Shown here piece after piece: positions 51,648 to 63,966 of a DNA stretch of 64,000 nucleotides. The stretch lies in the NCBI GenBank assembly GCA_035531495.1, contig DATKSU010000017.1, positions 2,668 through 66,667 on the forward strand, read 5' to 3'. The stretch comes from Minisyncoccota bacterium. Its GTDB lineage: Bacteria > Patescibacteriota > Minisyncoccia > Phycocordibacterales > Phycocordibacteraceae. Position 1 is the first letter of the stretch; every line of letters begins with the position of its first letter. Below the pieces are notes generated by a model. That model saw nothing but the letters and a program-made list of their open reading frames with translations, was not told the DNA's origin and searched no databases. The translations under genes and the position numbers were made by a program.

Positions 51648-53966
51648 ATGGACATGAACGAAGGATCAGCGAATCTCGACAAGAAAGGTGGTCAGCCGCC
51701 TTTGAATCCCGTGCTGTCTCCCGAAATGGCGGAGAAACTGCGCGCGAATCGGAGCGCTGCAGAGTCGGAAACTTCGGACGAGGCGGCGGGCCGCATCATC
51801 GACCGGATGATGGTAGAAATCGACAAACAGGCGGCGGGGCCTGACGAAGTGTCGGCGATTGCGGCGCAGCGCGTCAAGGCTCCGCAATACGGATTTCCGA
51901 AGAATGTCGGCATGGAGCGCGCCATGAAGCAGCTTGAGACGGAAGCCGCAGACCAGCCGCCCGTGCCTGGCAATAGCGGAATGTCGCATGAGGTTCCCCC
52001 GCCGCCTGCCGCTGCGCCGGCGCCCGAAGAAGACGCGCACGCATTCGGCCAGCGACTCGAGCAAGAGATCGGCGATTTCCGCGACCGCCGGGACGACGGC
52101 ATCCCGACGCTTACCGACGTCGTAACCGCGGAGAGCGAGAACGGCGTACCGGAAGAGGACGACGGCATCCCGACGCTTACCGACGTCGTAACTCCGGGAA
52201 GCGGCGCAGCCGAAGCGCGTGGAGCGGCTACTCTGCACGGCGAGTACGCCGACCCGAGCTTATCGCCGGACGATGTGCGCAATATGCGCGAGGAGCTTGA
52301 TCGCATGGCGGGAGCAGGGCCGGCGGTCGTACCGGGGGAACCGCAGACCGCGGCGGAATCAGCTGCGGTCGAGGAGCGGACGCCGGCGGAAGAGCGCCGC
52401 CGACTGCACGAACTCGTCGGGAAGCTCACGGGCGGCGCGAAAGAGAAGCTCGACTGGTGGAAGAGCTCGGAGGAACGACTCATCAATCGCTCTGCGGAGC
52501 TTGACGCCCAGCTGGCCGAGATGGGGAAGGTAGAGAAAGGGTTCCGCTGGCTCGGCGAGCGGTACAACAAGCTCGGCTGGAAGACGAAGCTCGCCGTCGG
52601 CGTCGCGCTCGGCATCGGCTACGGCGGCGCGCTCGCCGCCGGTGCGTCGCTCCCGATCCTGCTTGCGTGCATCGGCGCCATCGGCGCCCAGCGCACCGCA
52701 GCGCTCTCGACCCAGTATCTGAAATACGAGAAGGAGTTCACGGCGCGCGGCAGCTCCTGGGCGCGCGGCCGCGCGCTCTTGAACGCCGTCGGCTACTCCG
52801 CGCTCCTGACGGGTGGCTCGATGCTCGTTGCGAAGGGCGTCGAAGACGTTCTCGGACATTATCTCGGGCACGAGGGACATGCTCCCGGAGGCCCGCCGAC
52901 CGGCGGGCGCATCGAGGGAGCGCCGGCTGCGCCACCGGCGCATACGCTCGAGCCCGCAGCGCTCGCGCACCCGGCGCACGAGACGGTGGCGCCGATGCAC
53001 GAAGCCGCCACGGCCGCGGCGAAGCCGGCAGCATCGTCATTCGAGGTCGCTGCGTCGGGGGGGCACGGCACGGAATTCATGATGAAGCAGATGTGGGAAT
53101 CGATGCGGCCGGAGCATCTCGACCCGAAAGAGTACGCGAGCCTGAAAGGGACCGATTTCTACAGGCTGCTCACGGCTACGCCGAAGAATATCGACAGCGT
53201 CGTGCGCGATATCGCGAACAGTCCGAACCACGCATTCTACGATCCGGCGCACCACGCGAGCATCCTCGTCGGACCGCACGACACGATTTCGTTCGACGCG
53301 CACGGGAACATGCTGCTCCATACCGACCACGGCACATTCGCGCACGCGCCGCTCGGCGCGCACATGACGCCGGACGCTCATCCGGAAGCGCCGCTCGCGC
53401 ACGAGACGCTGCCGCCGACCGAGCACGCTGCGACCGTCGACGTCACGCACGGCGCAGCGCCGCAGCACGCGGTGCCCGCCGAGGGGCAGCCATTCCCGCC
53501 CGTTGAGCACGCGCAGAACGTCGTCCACAGCGGTGACGGCAGCGTCGTGCATGACGGCTCCGGGAACCCAGTCCACAGCGGCGGCCATGAGGCCGCCATC
53601 GGGCCACCGCCGCCCGTTCCGGCCGAACATGCGCAAGCGTTCGTGAACCGCTTCGGTGTCAGCATCGACCCGACGCAGGCGCATGTCTTTCAGGATTCGA
53701 ACGGCGCAGTGCTCTCCTACGGCAACGATTATGCCGCACGACTTGCCGCGGCCGAGGAGTTCGTCCGTGCGCACCACGATGCGACCGTCTGGATGCAGGC
53801 AGAGAAGCCGGTCTTCCACGGGGGCGCATGGCATCCGTGGGTATTCGCCGTGAAGTACGCAGGATTCTTCCGCGGCGTGCAGCCGGTCTTGCCGCCGGAC
53901 GGCATGCCGACTCCGGACCACATCGGCTACATCGACCCGACCGCATTCTCTAAGGAGTTGAACTGA
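51648..53966 (+). CDS. large hypothetical protein (772 aa): acidic/Pro-rich N-half, central TM segment, His-rich C-half
   Basis: ATG 4 nt after the ATPase stop. Exact 35-nt internal tandem repeat encoding DDGIPTLTDVVT twice. TM helix LAVGVALGIGYGGALAAGASLPILLACIGAIGA. C-half has many His in H-x-x-P/H-A-x contexts. Confidence 0.45.
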   Translation: MDMNEGSANLDKKGGQPPLNPVLSPEMAEKLRANRSAAESETSDEAAGRIIDRMMVEIDKQAAGPDEVSAIAAQRVKAPQYGFPKNVGMERAMKQLETEAADQPPVPGNSGMSHEVPPPPAAAPAPEEDAHAFGQRLEQEIGDFRDRRDDGIPTLTDVVTAESENGVPEEDDGIPTLTDVVTPGSGAAEARGAATLHGEYADPSLSPDDVRNMREELDRMAGAGPAVVPGEPQTAAESAAVEERTPAEERRRLHELVGKLTGGAKEKLDWWKSSEERLINRSAELDAQLAEMGKVEKGFRWLGERYNKLGWKTKLAVGVALGIGYGGALAAGASLPILLACIGAIGAQRTAALSTQYLKYEKEFTARGSSWARGRALLNAVGYSALLTGGSMLVAKGVEDVLGHYLGHEGHAPGGPPTGGRIEGAPAAPPAHTLEPAALAHPAHETVAPMHEAATAAAKPAASSFEVAASGGHGTEFMMKQMWESMRPEHLDPKEYASLKGTDFYRLLTATPKNIDSVVRDIANSPNHAFYDPAHHASILVGPHDTISFDAHGNMLLHTDHGTFAHAPLGAHMTPDAHPEAPLAHETLPPTEHAATVDVTHGAAPQHAVPAEGQPFPPVEHAQNVVHSGDGSVVHDGSGNPVHSGGHEAAIGPPPPVPAEHAQAFVNRFGVSIDPTQAHVFQDSNGAVLSYGNDYAARLAAAEEFVRAHHDATVWMQAEKPVFHGGAWHPWVFAVKYAGFFRGVQPVLPPDGMPTPDHIGYIDPTAFSKELN

Positions 53967-53997
53967 ATCGCTTTACCCGCATGCTACTATTCCCTGT

Positions 53998-54294
53998 ATG
54001 CAAGATGAATTGACCGCTGCGATCGCGAACGACCTCGGGATCGCTGGCTTGCCGAATGACGAGCAGCAGAAGCTCATCACCCAGTTCGGCGAAGTGGCGC
54101 TCAAGGCCGCGACCGTCGCCGTGCTCGAGAAAGTCCCTGATGGAAAACGTTCCGAATTCGAGAAGCTTGCGCAGGCAGGGGACGCGGATGCTATCAAGGT
54201 CTTCCTCGACCGCGAGGTGCCGGGACATGAGGAACTCGCCAGACAAGCGGTTGCGGACGAAGTCAAGCGTTTCAAGGACTTCCAGGCGCCGTAG
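53998..54294 (+). CDS. hypothetical protein (98 aa)
   Basis: TACTAT 7 nt upstream of the ATG. Helical, acidic. Confidence 0.4.
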   Translation: MQDELTAAIANDLGIAGLPNDEQQKLITQFGEVALKAATVAVLEKVPDGKRSEFEKLAQAGDADAIKVFLDREVPGHEELARQAVADEVKRFKDFQAP

Positions 54295-54308
54295 TATACT
54301 CGTCGAAT

Positions 54309-54842
54309 ATGAAACCAACCCCAACCGGCATCGCCGTCGCGCTCGCGCTCGTCGTCGTCATGACTTATTTCATCTTCCCGGGCCTCTGGCCGTTCAGTCC
54401 GGCAGCTTCGCAGGGCGCCGCGACCGCCGGGGCGCAAGAGCAGGCCACTTCTACCCAATCAACCTCAACAACAACCGCAACCACCATGCCGAACGATATT
54501 TCCAACCAGCTTCAGGTAACCGATGAGACAGTCGGCACCGGCGCGACCGCCGAACCAGGCGACACGGTTACGGTGAATTACGTAGGCGCGCTCACGAACG
54601 GCCAGGTGTTCGACGCCTCCGTCGATCATGGAAACTCCGGCTACACCTTCACACTCGGGGTAGGGCAGGTCATTAAGGGCTGGGACGAAGGTATCGTCGG
54701 CATGAAGGTCGGCGGCAAGCGCGACCTCGTCATCCCGCCGTCCTTGGCCTACGGGGATCAGGCTGTCGGGAACGTCATCCCGGCCAATTCGACCCTCGTC
54801 TTCCAGGTCGAACTCCTGTCGGTGAAGAAGCCGGGCCAGTAG
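54309..54842 (+). CDS. FKBP-type peptidyl-prolyl cis-trans isomerase (membrane/secreted)
   Basis: TATACT 8 nt upstream. N-terminal anchor. FKBP core …VTVNYVGALTNGQVFDAS…GWDEGIVGMKVGGKRDLVIPPSLAYG…. Confidence 0.85.
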   Translation: MKPTPTGIAVALALVVVMTYFIFPGLWPFSPAASQGAATAGAQEQATSTQSTSTTTATTMPNDISNQLQVTDETVGTGATAEPGDTVTVNYVGALTNGQVFDASVDHGNSGYTFTLGVGQVIKGWDEGIVGMKVGGKRDLVIPPSLAYGDQAVGNVIPANSTLVFQVELLSVKKPGQ

Positions 54843-54908
54843 CAGCGTGAGCGTCCGCTCTGCCGCGCGATTCATGTCTGCGCGCGCGTCTGCTACCGTG
54901 GTTCGTAT

Positions 54909-56153
54909 ATGAGTGCCATCTCGTTCGAGATAGAGAAGCGCGCGGGCGGCGGAGCTGCCCGCCCCGCCGCAGGCGGGGCGCGTGCGGGCGTCCTCACGAC
55001 CCCGCACGGCGCCATCCGCACGCCCGCCTTCACGCCGGTCGGCACGAAGGCGAACGTGAAAGGTATCCTGCCGGAGCAGCTGCGCGCCCTCGGCGCCGAA
55101 GCCGTCCTCGCGAACACCTACCACCTCTACCTGCAGCCCGGCGAAAAAATCGTCGAGAAAGCGGGCGGCCTCGGCCGCTTCATGGGGTGGGAGGGTCCGA
55201 TGCTGACCGACTCTGGGGGCTTCCAGGTCTTCTCGCTCGGCGCCGCTTTCGGCAAGACCATTTCGAAATTCGTCGCGGAGGAAGCGCCGCACGAAGAAGC
55301 CGTCGCGATTTATGACGAGGAGGTCGCGACGGCGCACGGTCAGCTCGCCACGATCGACGACGAGGGCGTGACCTTCACTTCGCACCTCGACGGCTCCCTG
55401 CACCGCTTCACGCCCGAGCGTTCGGTTGAGATCCAGCATGCGCTCGGCGCCGACATCTTCTTCGCGTTCGACGAGTGCACGTCGCCCTCGGCGCCATACG
55501 ACTACCAGCGCGAGGCGATGGAGCGTACGCATCGCTGGGCGGAGCGTTCGCTCAAAGCGCATCGCCAGAATCTCGGCGCGGATAAGCGGCAGGCCATTTT
55601 CGGCATCGTGCAGGGCGGCCGGCATGAGGACCTGCGCCGGGAGTCGGCGCGCGAGATCGCATCCTTGGGTTTCGACGGCATCGGCATCGGCGGTTCCTTC
55701 AGCAAGGAAGACATGCGCGGCGCGCTCCAGGCAGCGGTCGGGGAATTGCCGGAAGAGCTCCCGAAGCACTTCCTCGGCATCGGCGAGCCGGGCGACATCC
55801 TCGAGGGCATCGCGAACGGGATGGACCTCTTCGACTGCGTCGCAGCGACGCGTATCGGCCGCCACGGCTCCGTCTACACGAAGCACGGCATCATTCATTT
55901 GCGTAATGGGGAATTCAAAGGCGATTTCAGTCCGCTTGACCCGGAGACCTCCGTGCCGGGTACAGAGCCATTCACGCGCGCTTACGTATCGCACCTCGTG
56001 CGTGCGCGCGAACTCACGGGCTCTGTCATCTGTTCGATTCACAATGTCGGCTTCATACTGAAACTCGTCGCCGATGCCCGCGAGGCCATCCTCAACGGAC
56101 GGTTCGACGCGTTCCGCGAGGACTTCTCGCGAGCGTACTACGGCACGGGATAA
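54909..56153 (+). CDS. tgt: queuine tRNA-ribosyltransferase
   Basis: …GVLTTPHGAIRTPAFTPVGTKANVKG… with TIM barrel and C-terminal Zn site (CxCxxC…H). Confidence 0.9.
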   Translation: MSAISFEIEKRAGGGAARPAAGGARAGVLTTPHGAIRTPAFTPVGTKANVKGILPEQLRALGAEAVLANTYHLYLQPGEKIVEKAGGLGRFMGWEGPMLTDSGGFQVFSLGAAFGKTISKFVAEEAPHEEAVAIYDEEVATAHGQLATIDDEGVTFTSHLDGSLHRFTPERSVEIQHALGADIFFAFDECTSPSAPYDYQREAMERTHRWAERSLKAHRQNLGADKRQAIFGIVQGGRHEDLRRESAREIASLGFDGIGIGGSFSKEDMRGALQAAVGELPEELPKHFLGIGEPGDILEGIANGMDLFDCVAATRIGRHGSVYTKHGIIHLRNGEFKGDFSPLDPETSVPGTEPFTRAYVSHLVRARELTGSVICSIHNVGFILKLVADAREAILNGRFDAFREDFSRAYYGTG

Positions 56154-56188
56154 AAAAGAGCCGCCTAGGGCGGCTCGGCGAGCGCATA

Positions 56189-56476
56189 TCACCGGCGTTT
56201 CCTCATCACGATTCCCGCATCATCGAAGCCTCCCAGCGCGATGATGAAATGCATGATGACGATTGCCGCTATCGCGCACAGGATGAAGAAGAAAATGGGC
56301 GGATATATGCACGCCAATACGACGAGAGCACAGTACAGAGCCATCGCCGTAAGCAGCCGATTGAATTCCCTCTCGCGCGGGTGGAGCGAAAGCATGAGTC
56401 CTCCGACTTCGGATTCTGGCGATGTTGCCGATAGCATAGTATGGTTCCAGCACTGCATGTCAAGGAATGATTTCAA
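56189..56476 (-). CDS. possible small membrane protein
   Basis: Hydrophobic ORF antisense to the track's extended uvrB N-terminus. The real start is probably an internal Met. Weak. Confidence 0.2.
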   Translation of the reverse strand: MKSFLDMQCWNHTMLSATSPESEVGGLMLSLHPREREFNRLLTAMALYCALVVLACIYPPIFFFILCAIAAIVIMHFIIALGGFDDAGIVMRKRR

Positions 56477-58514
56477 GCTTCATATGCCTTTCCAGCCGGC
56501 AGGAGACCAGCCGCAGGCCATCCGCGCGCTCGAGAAGGGCCTTGCAGAGGGCATGCGCCACCAGACCCTGCTCGGCGTGACGGGCTCGGGGAAGACCTTC
56601 ACGATGGCGAACGTCATCGCGGCCTACGGCAAGCCGACCTTGGTCCTCGCGCACAACAAGACCCTCGCTGCGCAGCTCGCGCAGGAGTATCGCGAATTCT
56701 TCCCGGAGAACGCCGTACACTACTTCGTCTCCTATTACGACTACTACCAGCCGGAGGCGTATATCGCGCAGTCGGACACGTATATCGAGAAGGAGGCGAT
56801 GATAAACGCCGAAATAGACCGCCTCCGCCATGCAGCGACGCAGGCGCTCCTCACGCGACGCGACGTCATTATCGTCGCGTCGGTCTCCGCCATCTACGGT
56901 CTCGGCTCGCCCGAGGAATACGAGAAGGTGCACATCAAGGTCGCCCGAGGCGGGACGGAGAATCGCGCCGCGCTCATCCGGAAGCTCGTCGGCATCTACT
57001 TCGAACGCACGAACGCCGACCTTTCTCCGGGGCAGCTGCGCGCCGTTGGCAACGCGCTCGAGGTGATGCCCATCAACGAGCGCATCATCTATCGCATCGC
57101 CTTCGGCGAGGATACGGTCGCGCGCATCGACCTCCTCGACCCGGTCTCGCGCGCGAAGCTCTCCGAGCCCGCGTCCGTCTTCATCTTCCCGGCCAAGCAC
57201 TTCGTGACGAGCGAAGTCGAGCGCAATCGCGCGATAGAAGACATCAAGGCCGAGCTCGAGGAGCAGCTCGCAAAATTCAAGCGGGAAGAAAAGCCGCTCG
57301 AAGCCGAGCGGCTCAAGCGCCGCACGCTTTCCGACCTCGCCATGATCCGCGAGATCGGCTACACCTCTGGCATCGAGAACTATTCGCGCCACTTCGACGG
57401 CCGCAAGGCCGGCGAGCCGCCCTCGACCCTGCTCTCGTATTTCCCGCATACGAAAGACGGCGCGCCGGATTTCCTCACCGTTATCGACGAATCGCACGTG
57501 ACCATCCCGCAAATAGGCGGCATGTACGCGGGTGACCGCTCGCGCAAGGACGTCCTCGTCGAGCACGGGTTCCGGCTCCCGTCGGCGCGCGATAACCGGC
57601 CGCTGACCTTCGAAGAGTTCGAGGCGCGCGTGAATCCGTCCATTTATACGAGCGCGACGCCCGCGAATTACGAACGGAAGCACTCCGAGCAAGTCGTCGA
57701 GCAGATCATTCGGCCGACGGGTCTCATCGACCCCGAACTCGTCCTGCGGGAAGTCACGGAGACCGGGCAGTACCCGGGCCAGATTGCGGACTTCATCAAT
57801 GAAGCGGAGACGGTCATCAAGCGCGGCGGACGCGCGCTTGCGACGACTCTCACGAAGCAGATGGCGGAGGACCTCGCGGAATTCCTGAAGAAGCGCGGCA
57901 TGAAGGCCGAGTACCTCCACTCGGACGTAAAGACCATCGACCGCATCGACATCCTCACGAAGTTCCGCCGCGGGACGTTCGACATCCTCGTCGGCGTCAA
58001 TCTCCTGCGCGAGGGGCTCGACCTGCCGGAAGTGGAGCTCGTCGGCATCCTCGACGCGGACAAGGAAGGGTTCCTGCGCAGCGAAACCTCCCTCATTCAG
58101 ACCATCGGCCGCGCGGCGCGGAATGTACTGGGCCGCGTCATCCTCTATGCCGACGTGATGACGGGATCCCTCGAGCGTGCCATCGGCGAGACGAACCGCC
58201 GCCGGGAGAAACAGCTCGCGTACAACGAGGCGCACGGCATCACGCCGAAAACCATTAAGAAAGAGATTCACGACATCGCCGAGTCGATGCGCAGCGAACA
58301 CCAGAAGACGGTCGACGAGCTCCTCGCCCTCGACACCATCGCGTATAAGGATGACCCGAAGGCCTTCATCACGATGAAGCGCGAGGAGATGACGGCCGCG
58401 GTCGAGAAGCTCGACTTCGAAACGGCCGCGCTCATCCGTGATGAAATCTACAAGCTTGAAGGAAAGGAACCGAAGGCGAAACCGCGCAAGCGCAAGCCGT
58501 TTTCGGGCGCATAG
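56457..58514 (+). CDS. uvrB: excinuclease ABC subunit B
   Basis: ATG at 56457 (MSRNDFKLHMPFQPAGDQPQAIRAL…), replacing the track start at 56241. Helicase motifs and a C-terminal UVR domain (…FETAALIRDEIYKLEG…). Confidence 0.93.
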   Translation: MSRNDFKLHMPFQPAGDQPQAIRALEKGLAEGMRHQTLLGVTGSGKTFTMANVIAAYGKPTLVLAHNKTLAAQLAQEYREFFPENAVHYFVSYYDYYQPEAYIAQSDTYIEKEAMINAEIDRLRHAATQALLTRRDVIIVASVSAIYGLGSPEEYEKVHIKVARGGTENRAALIRKLVGIYFERTNADLSPGQLRAVGNALEVMPINERIIYRIAFGEDTVARIDLLDPVSRAKLSEPASVFIFPAKHFVTSEVERNRAIEDIKAELEEQLAKFKREEKPLEAERLKRRTLSDLAMIREIGYTSGIENYSRHFDGRKAGEPPSTLLSYFPHTKDGAPDFLTVIDESHVTIPQIGGMYAGDRSRKDVLVEHGFRLPSARDNRPLTFEEFEARVNPSIYTSATPANYERKHSEQVVEQIIRPTGLIDPELVLREVTETGQYPGQIADFINEAETVIKRGGRALATTLTKQMAEDLAEFLKKRGMKAEYLHSDVKTIDRIDILTKFRRGTFDILVGVNLLREGLDLPEVELVGILDADKEGFLRSETSLIQTIGRAARNVLGRVILYADVMTGSLERAIGETNRRREKQLAYNEAHGITPKTIKKEIHDIAESMRSEHQKTVDELLALDTIAYKDDPKAFITMKREEMTAAVEKLDFETAALIRDEIYKLEGKEPKAKPRKRKPFSGA

Positions 58515-58525
58515 ATAAAATGAAG

Positions 58526-58544
58526 CGGCGCATACATGCGCCGC
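58526..58544. terminator. bidirectional terminator hairpin
   Basis: gcggcgcat-a-catgcgccgc between the convergent uvrB and the 58565-58879 gene. Confidence 0.5.
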
Positions 58545-58564
58545 GGTGACGAGGTTGGAGAATT

Positions 58565-58879
58565 TTAGAACGGAATGTCATCTTCCATTTCTAGATTCTT
58601 CGGAGCAACAATGTTCAAGATATCCTGCCTTTGCTGGGCCGAGAGTTCGCCAAGAATTTCGCGGAGTTCGCGGGCTTGACCCGTTGCGATTTTCTGTAAG
58701 ATCTCCCCCGGCACATCAGTGATAGATTCCCATGCCCCGATCTCGATGATTTCGGTTGCTTGCCCTTCAGCGCCGAAAAGACGGCAGATCCTCTCGGCGA
58801 GCTCCACACTCGTACAGAAACCGAGATGTGTCCCGCCACCGCCCTGTCCGACTAGCTTGATCTCTTGTATCGGTTTCAT
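58565..58879 (-). CDS. hypothetical 104-aa protein ending in the SSB-type acidic tail …MEDDIPF
   Basis: Divergent from uvrA, the position usually held by ssb. The body (MKPIQEIKLVGQGGGGTHLGFCTSVELAERICRLFG…) is not an OB-fold SSB. Confidence 0.45.
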   Translation of the reverse strand: MKPIQEIKLVGQGGGGTHLGFCTSVELAERICRLFGAEGQATEIIEIGAWESITDVPGEILQKIATGQARELREILGELSAQQRQDILNIVAPKNLEMEDDIPF

Positions 58880-58999
58880 CCGCTACCTCCTGTATCTATG
58901 GACCGCAGGAGTTATACGCTCCTTGACGGCCCTCTGCAACTGACTCGAGCAATGCTATAGTGCTGTACGTACCTGCCCCGCCACGGGCAGGGATTTTGC

Positions 59000-61616
<2,617 letters not shown>

Positions 61617-61639
<23 letters not shown>

Positions 61640-62861
61640 GTACCGGCTGCCGGACGTCCCGGGAGTGTACCTGTTCAAGCAGGGTCGGAATGTTCTCTAC
61701 GTCGGCAAGGCGACGTCGCTCGCCGACCGCGTACGCTCGTATTTCGATGATGACCTCATCGCGACGCGCGGGCCGCGCATCGTGGACATGGTGACGCGCG
61801 CGGACCGAATCGCGCATGAGACGGCGCCGACCGTGCTCGAGGCGCTCGTGCGCGAGGCGGCGCTCATCAAGCGGTACCAGCCGCCCGCGAACGTGGAAGG
61901 GAAGGACAACTCGTCATTCCTCTATGCCGTCGTCACGAAGGAAGACGTTCCGCGCGTCCTTCCGCTGCGCGGCAAGGATATCGACGTAAAGGGGAAACGC
62001 GCGGCAGACAGCACGAAGTTGAAAGCGCTCTACGGCCCGTTCCCCTCGCTCGCGCAGCTGCGCGAAGCGCTGCGGCTCATCCAGCGCATTTTCCCGTTCT
62101 TCGATACGCTGCGGCCGGTCGCGTACGCGGGCAAGCATCAGCGCGCGAAAATAGAGTTCAACAAGCAGCTGCGGCAGTACCCGCAGGCCGTCGATCCGAA
62201 GGCGTACCGAGCGACCATCCGCAACGTCGAGCTCCTCCTCGCCGGGCGCGGACGGCAGCTGCGCGCGAAGCTCGGGCGGGAGATGAAGGCGGCAGCGAAG
62301 GCGGAGCGGTTCGAAGACGCAGCGCAGCTCCGCCGCGAGCTTTTCGCCCTCAATCACATCCAGGACGTCTCGCTCATCAAGGACGAGTTCATCGAGGACA
62401 CGCGCCGCGGAGCGGCGCGCGGCGGGCGCATCGAGGCATACGACACAGCGCATCTCTCCGGAACGAACGCCATCGGCGTGATGACGGTCGTCGAGGACGG
62501 TGCGCCCGTGAAGAGGGAATACCGCGTCTTCCGCATTCGCGGATTCCGGAAGAATGACGATATAGCGTCTCTCAAGGAAATCCTCTCACGCCGGCTCGCT
62601 CATTCAGAGTGGTTGTACCCGCGCGCCATCGTCGTGGACGGCGGGAAGACGCAGAAGAAGGCCGCCGAGACGGTGCTCGCGGACGCGGGCGTCGGCATCC
62701 CCGTTGCAGCCGTCGTGAAGGACGAGCGCCATCGACCGCGCGAGGTCATCGGCGCGCGCCGGGCCGGCATCACGGAAGCCGATGCCGTTCTCGCGAATGC
62801 CGAGGCGCACCGCTTCTCGCTTTCCCGCCACCGCCGTGCGCGTTCGCAGTCACTGCGGTGA
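61617..62861 (+). CDS. uvrC: excinuclease ABC subunit C (short form lacking the C-terminal (HhH)2 domain)
   Basis: GIY-YIG N-terminus (VPGVYLFKQGRNVLYVGKA), UVR motif (…FEDAAQLRRELFALNHI…) and RNase H-like endonuclease region (…EAYDTAHLSGTNAIGVMTV…). Ends at 414 aa. Confidence 0.85.
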
Positions 62862-62874
62862 GGTAGCCCTTTGG

Positions 62875-62880
62875 TATACT
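62875..62880 (+). promoter_or_regulatory. -10 hexamer TATACT 6 nt upstream of the ddl ATG
   Basis: ttggTATACTttccatATG. Confidence 0.4.
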
Positions 62881-62886
62881 TTCCAT

Positions 62887-63846
62887 ATGCAAACCATCGT
62901 CGGGGTTCTGCGTGGCGGGCCGAGTCGCGAGCATGACGTCTCGCTCAAGACCGGCGCCGCCATCCTGAAGCACCTCTCGCCGGAGCGCTTCAGCGCGCGT
63001 GATATTTACATCGGCCGCGACGGGACGTGGCACGATCGCGGTCGTCCGACGACGCCGGATCGCGTCCTGCGGCAGCTCGATGTCGCCCTCATCGGCCTTC
63101 ACGGCGAATACGGAGAAGACGGACAGGTGCAACGCCTCCTCGAACGGTTCGGCGTGCCGTATGCCGGCGCCGATTCATTCGGCTCGCACCTCGCGATGCA
63201 CAAGCTCATGGCGAAGGCGCGCGCGGAGGAAGCCGGACTCCGGACGCCGGAGTATCGCTATGTCGAGCGCGCGGAGGATGGCGACAAGGCGGCGCAGGAC
63301 ATCACGCGTTCGTTCCTGCAACCGGTCGTCGTGAAGCCCGTCAGCTGGGGTTCGTCTATCGGCGTGTCCGTCGTCGGCGGCCATGCGCCGGTGCGTGCGG
63401 CCATCGAGCGGCTCTTCACTGAGGGCGCGCCCGCCGTCCTCATCGAGGAATACATCCGCGGCAAGGAGGCGACCGCCGCCGTCGTCGAAGGCCTGCGCGC
63501 TGAGCCGCTCTACGCGCTGCCCGTTGTCGAGATTGCGCCGTCCGACGGTGATTTCTTCTCATACGACGCGAAATATTCTGGTGCCACGCGCGAGACCTGC
63601 CCCGGTGCCTTCTCACGCGTCGTGACGGAGGAATTGAAGCGCGCGGCGAAAGTCATGCATCGGGCGCTGGGCCTGCGCCACTACTCCCGCTCCGATTTCA
63701 TCGTCGGGCCGAAAGGCGTCTACTATCTGGAGACCAACACCTTGCCCGGTCTCACTGACAAATCGCTTATGCCGAAAGCGCTTGATGCCGTTGGCGTTCG
63801 CTTCGCGGATTTCCTCGAACACCTCGTCGGTCTCGCGCTCGCGTGA
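62887..63846 (+). CDS. ddl: D-alanine--D-alanine ligase
   Basis: ATG at 62887 (MQTIVGVLRGGPSREHDVSLKTG…). ATP-grasp. The track ORF starts upstream at 62782. Confidence 0.9.
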   Translation: MQTIVGVLRGGPSREHDVSLKTGAAILKHLSPERFSARDIYIGRDGTWHDRGRPTTPDRVLRQLDVALIGLHGEYGEDGQVQRLLERFGVPYAGADSFGSHLAMHKLMAKARAEEAGLRTPEYRYVERAEDGDKAAQDITRSFLQPVVVKPVSWGSSIGVSVVGGHAPVRAAIERLFTEGAPAVLIEEYIRGKEATAAVVEGLRAEPLYALPVVEIAPSDGDFFSYDAKYSGATRETCPGAFSRVVTEELKRAAKVMHRALGLRHYSRSDFIVGPKGVYYLETNTLPGLTDKSLMPKALDAVGVRFADFLEHLVGLALA

Positions 63847-63893
63847 CGACACGTCTTCAGATTATCGGGCGGAAATGATACGCTGGCGCACAC

Positions 63894-63966
63894 GGGCCCT
63901 TAGCTTAGTTGGTAGAGCGCCACATTTGCAATGTGGAGGTCACCGGTTCGAATCCGGTAGGGTCCA
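63894..63966 (+). tRNA. tRNA-Ala (anticodon TGC), G3:U70 present
   Basis: Acceptor GGGCCCT/AGGGTCC with a G3:T70 wobble, D-arm TAGCTTAGTTGGTAGAGC, anticodon arm CCACA-TTTGCAA-TGTGG, T-loop GGTTCGAATCC. Confidence 0.8.

Noticed and set aside
52092-52192. Possible CRISPR-like repeat
   Set aside because: Only two copies, in frame inside a coding sequence, with no cas genes.
56241-56456. 72-codon N-terminal extension of uvrB in the track
   Set aside because: UvrB homology starts at MSRNDFKLHMPFQPAGDQP (ATG 56457). The extension overlaps a hydrophobic antisense ORF and has no homology.
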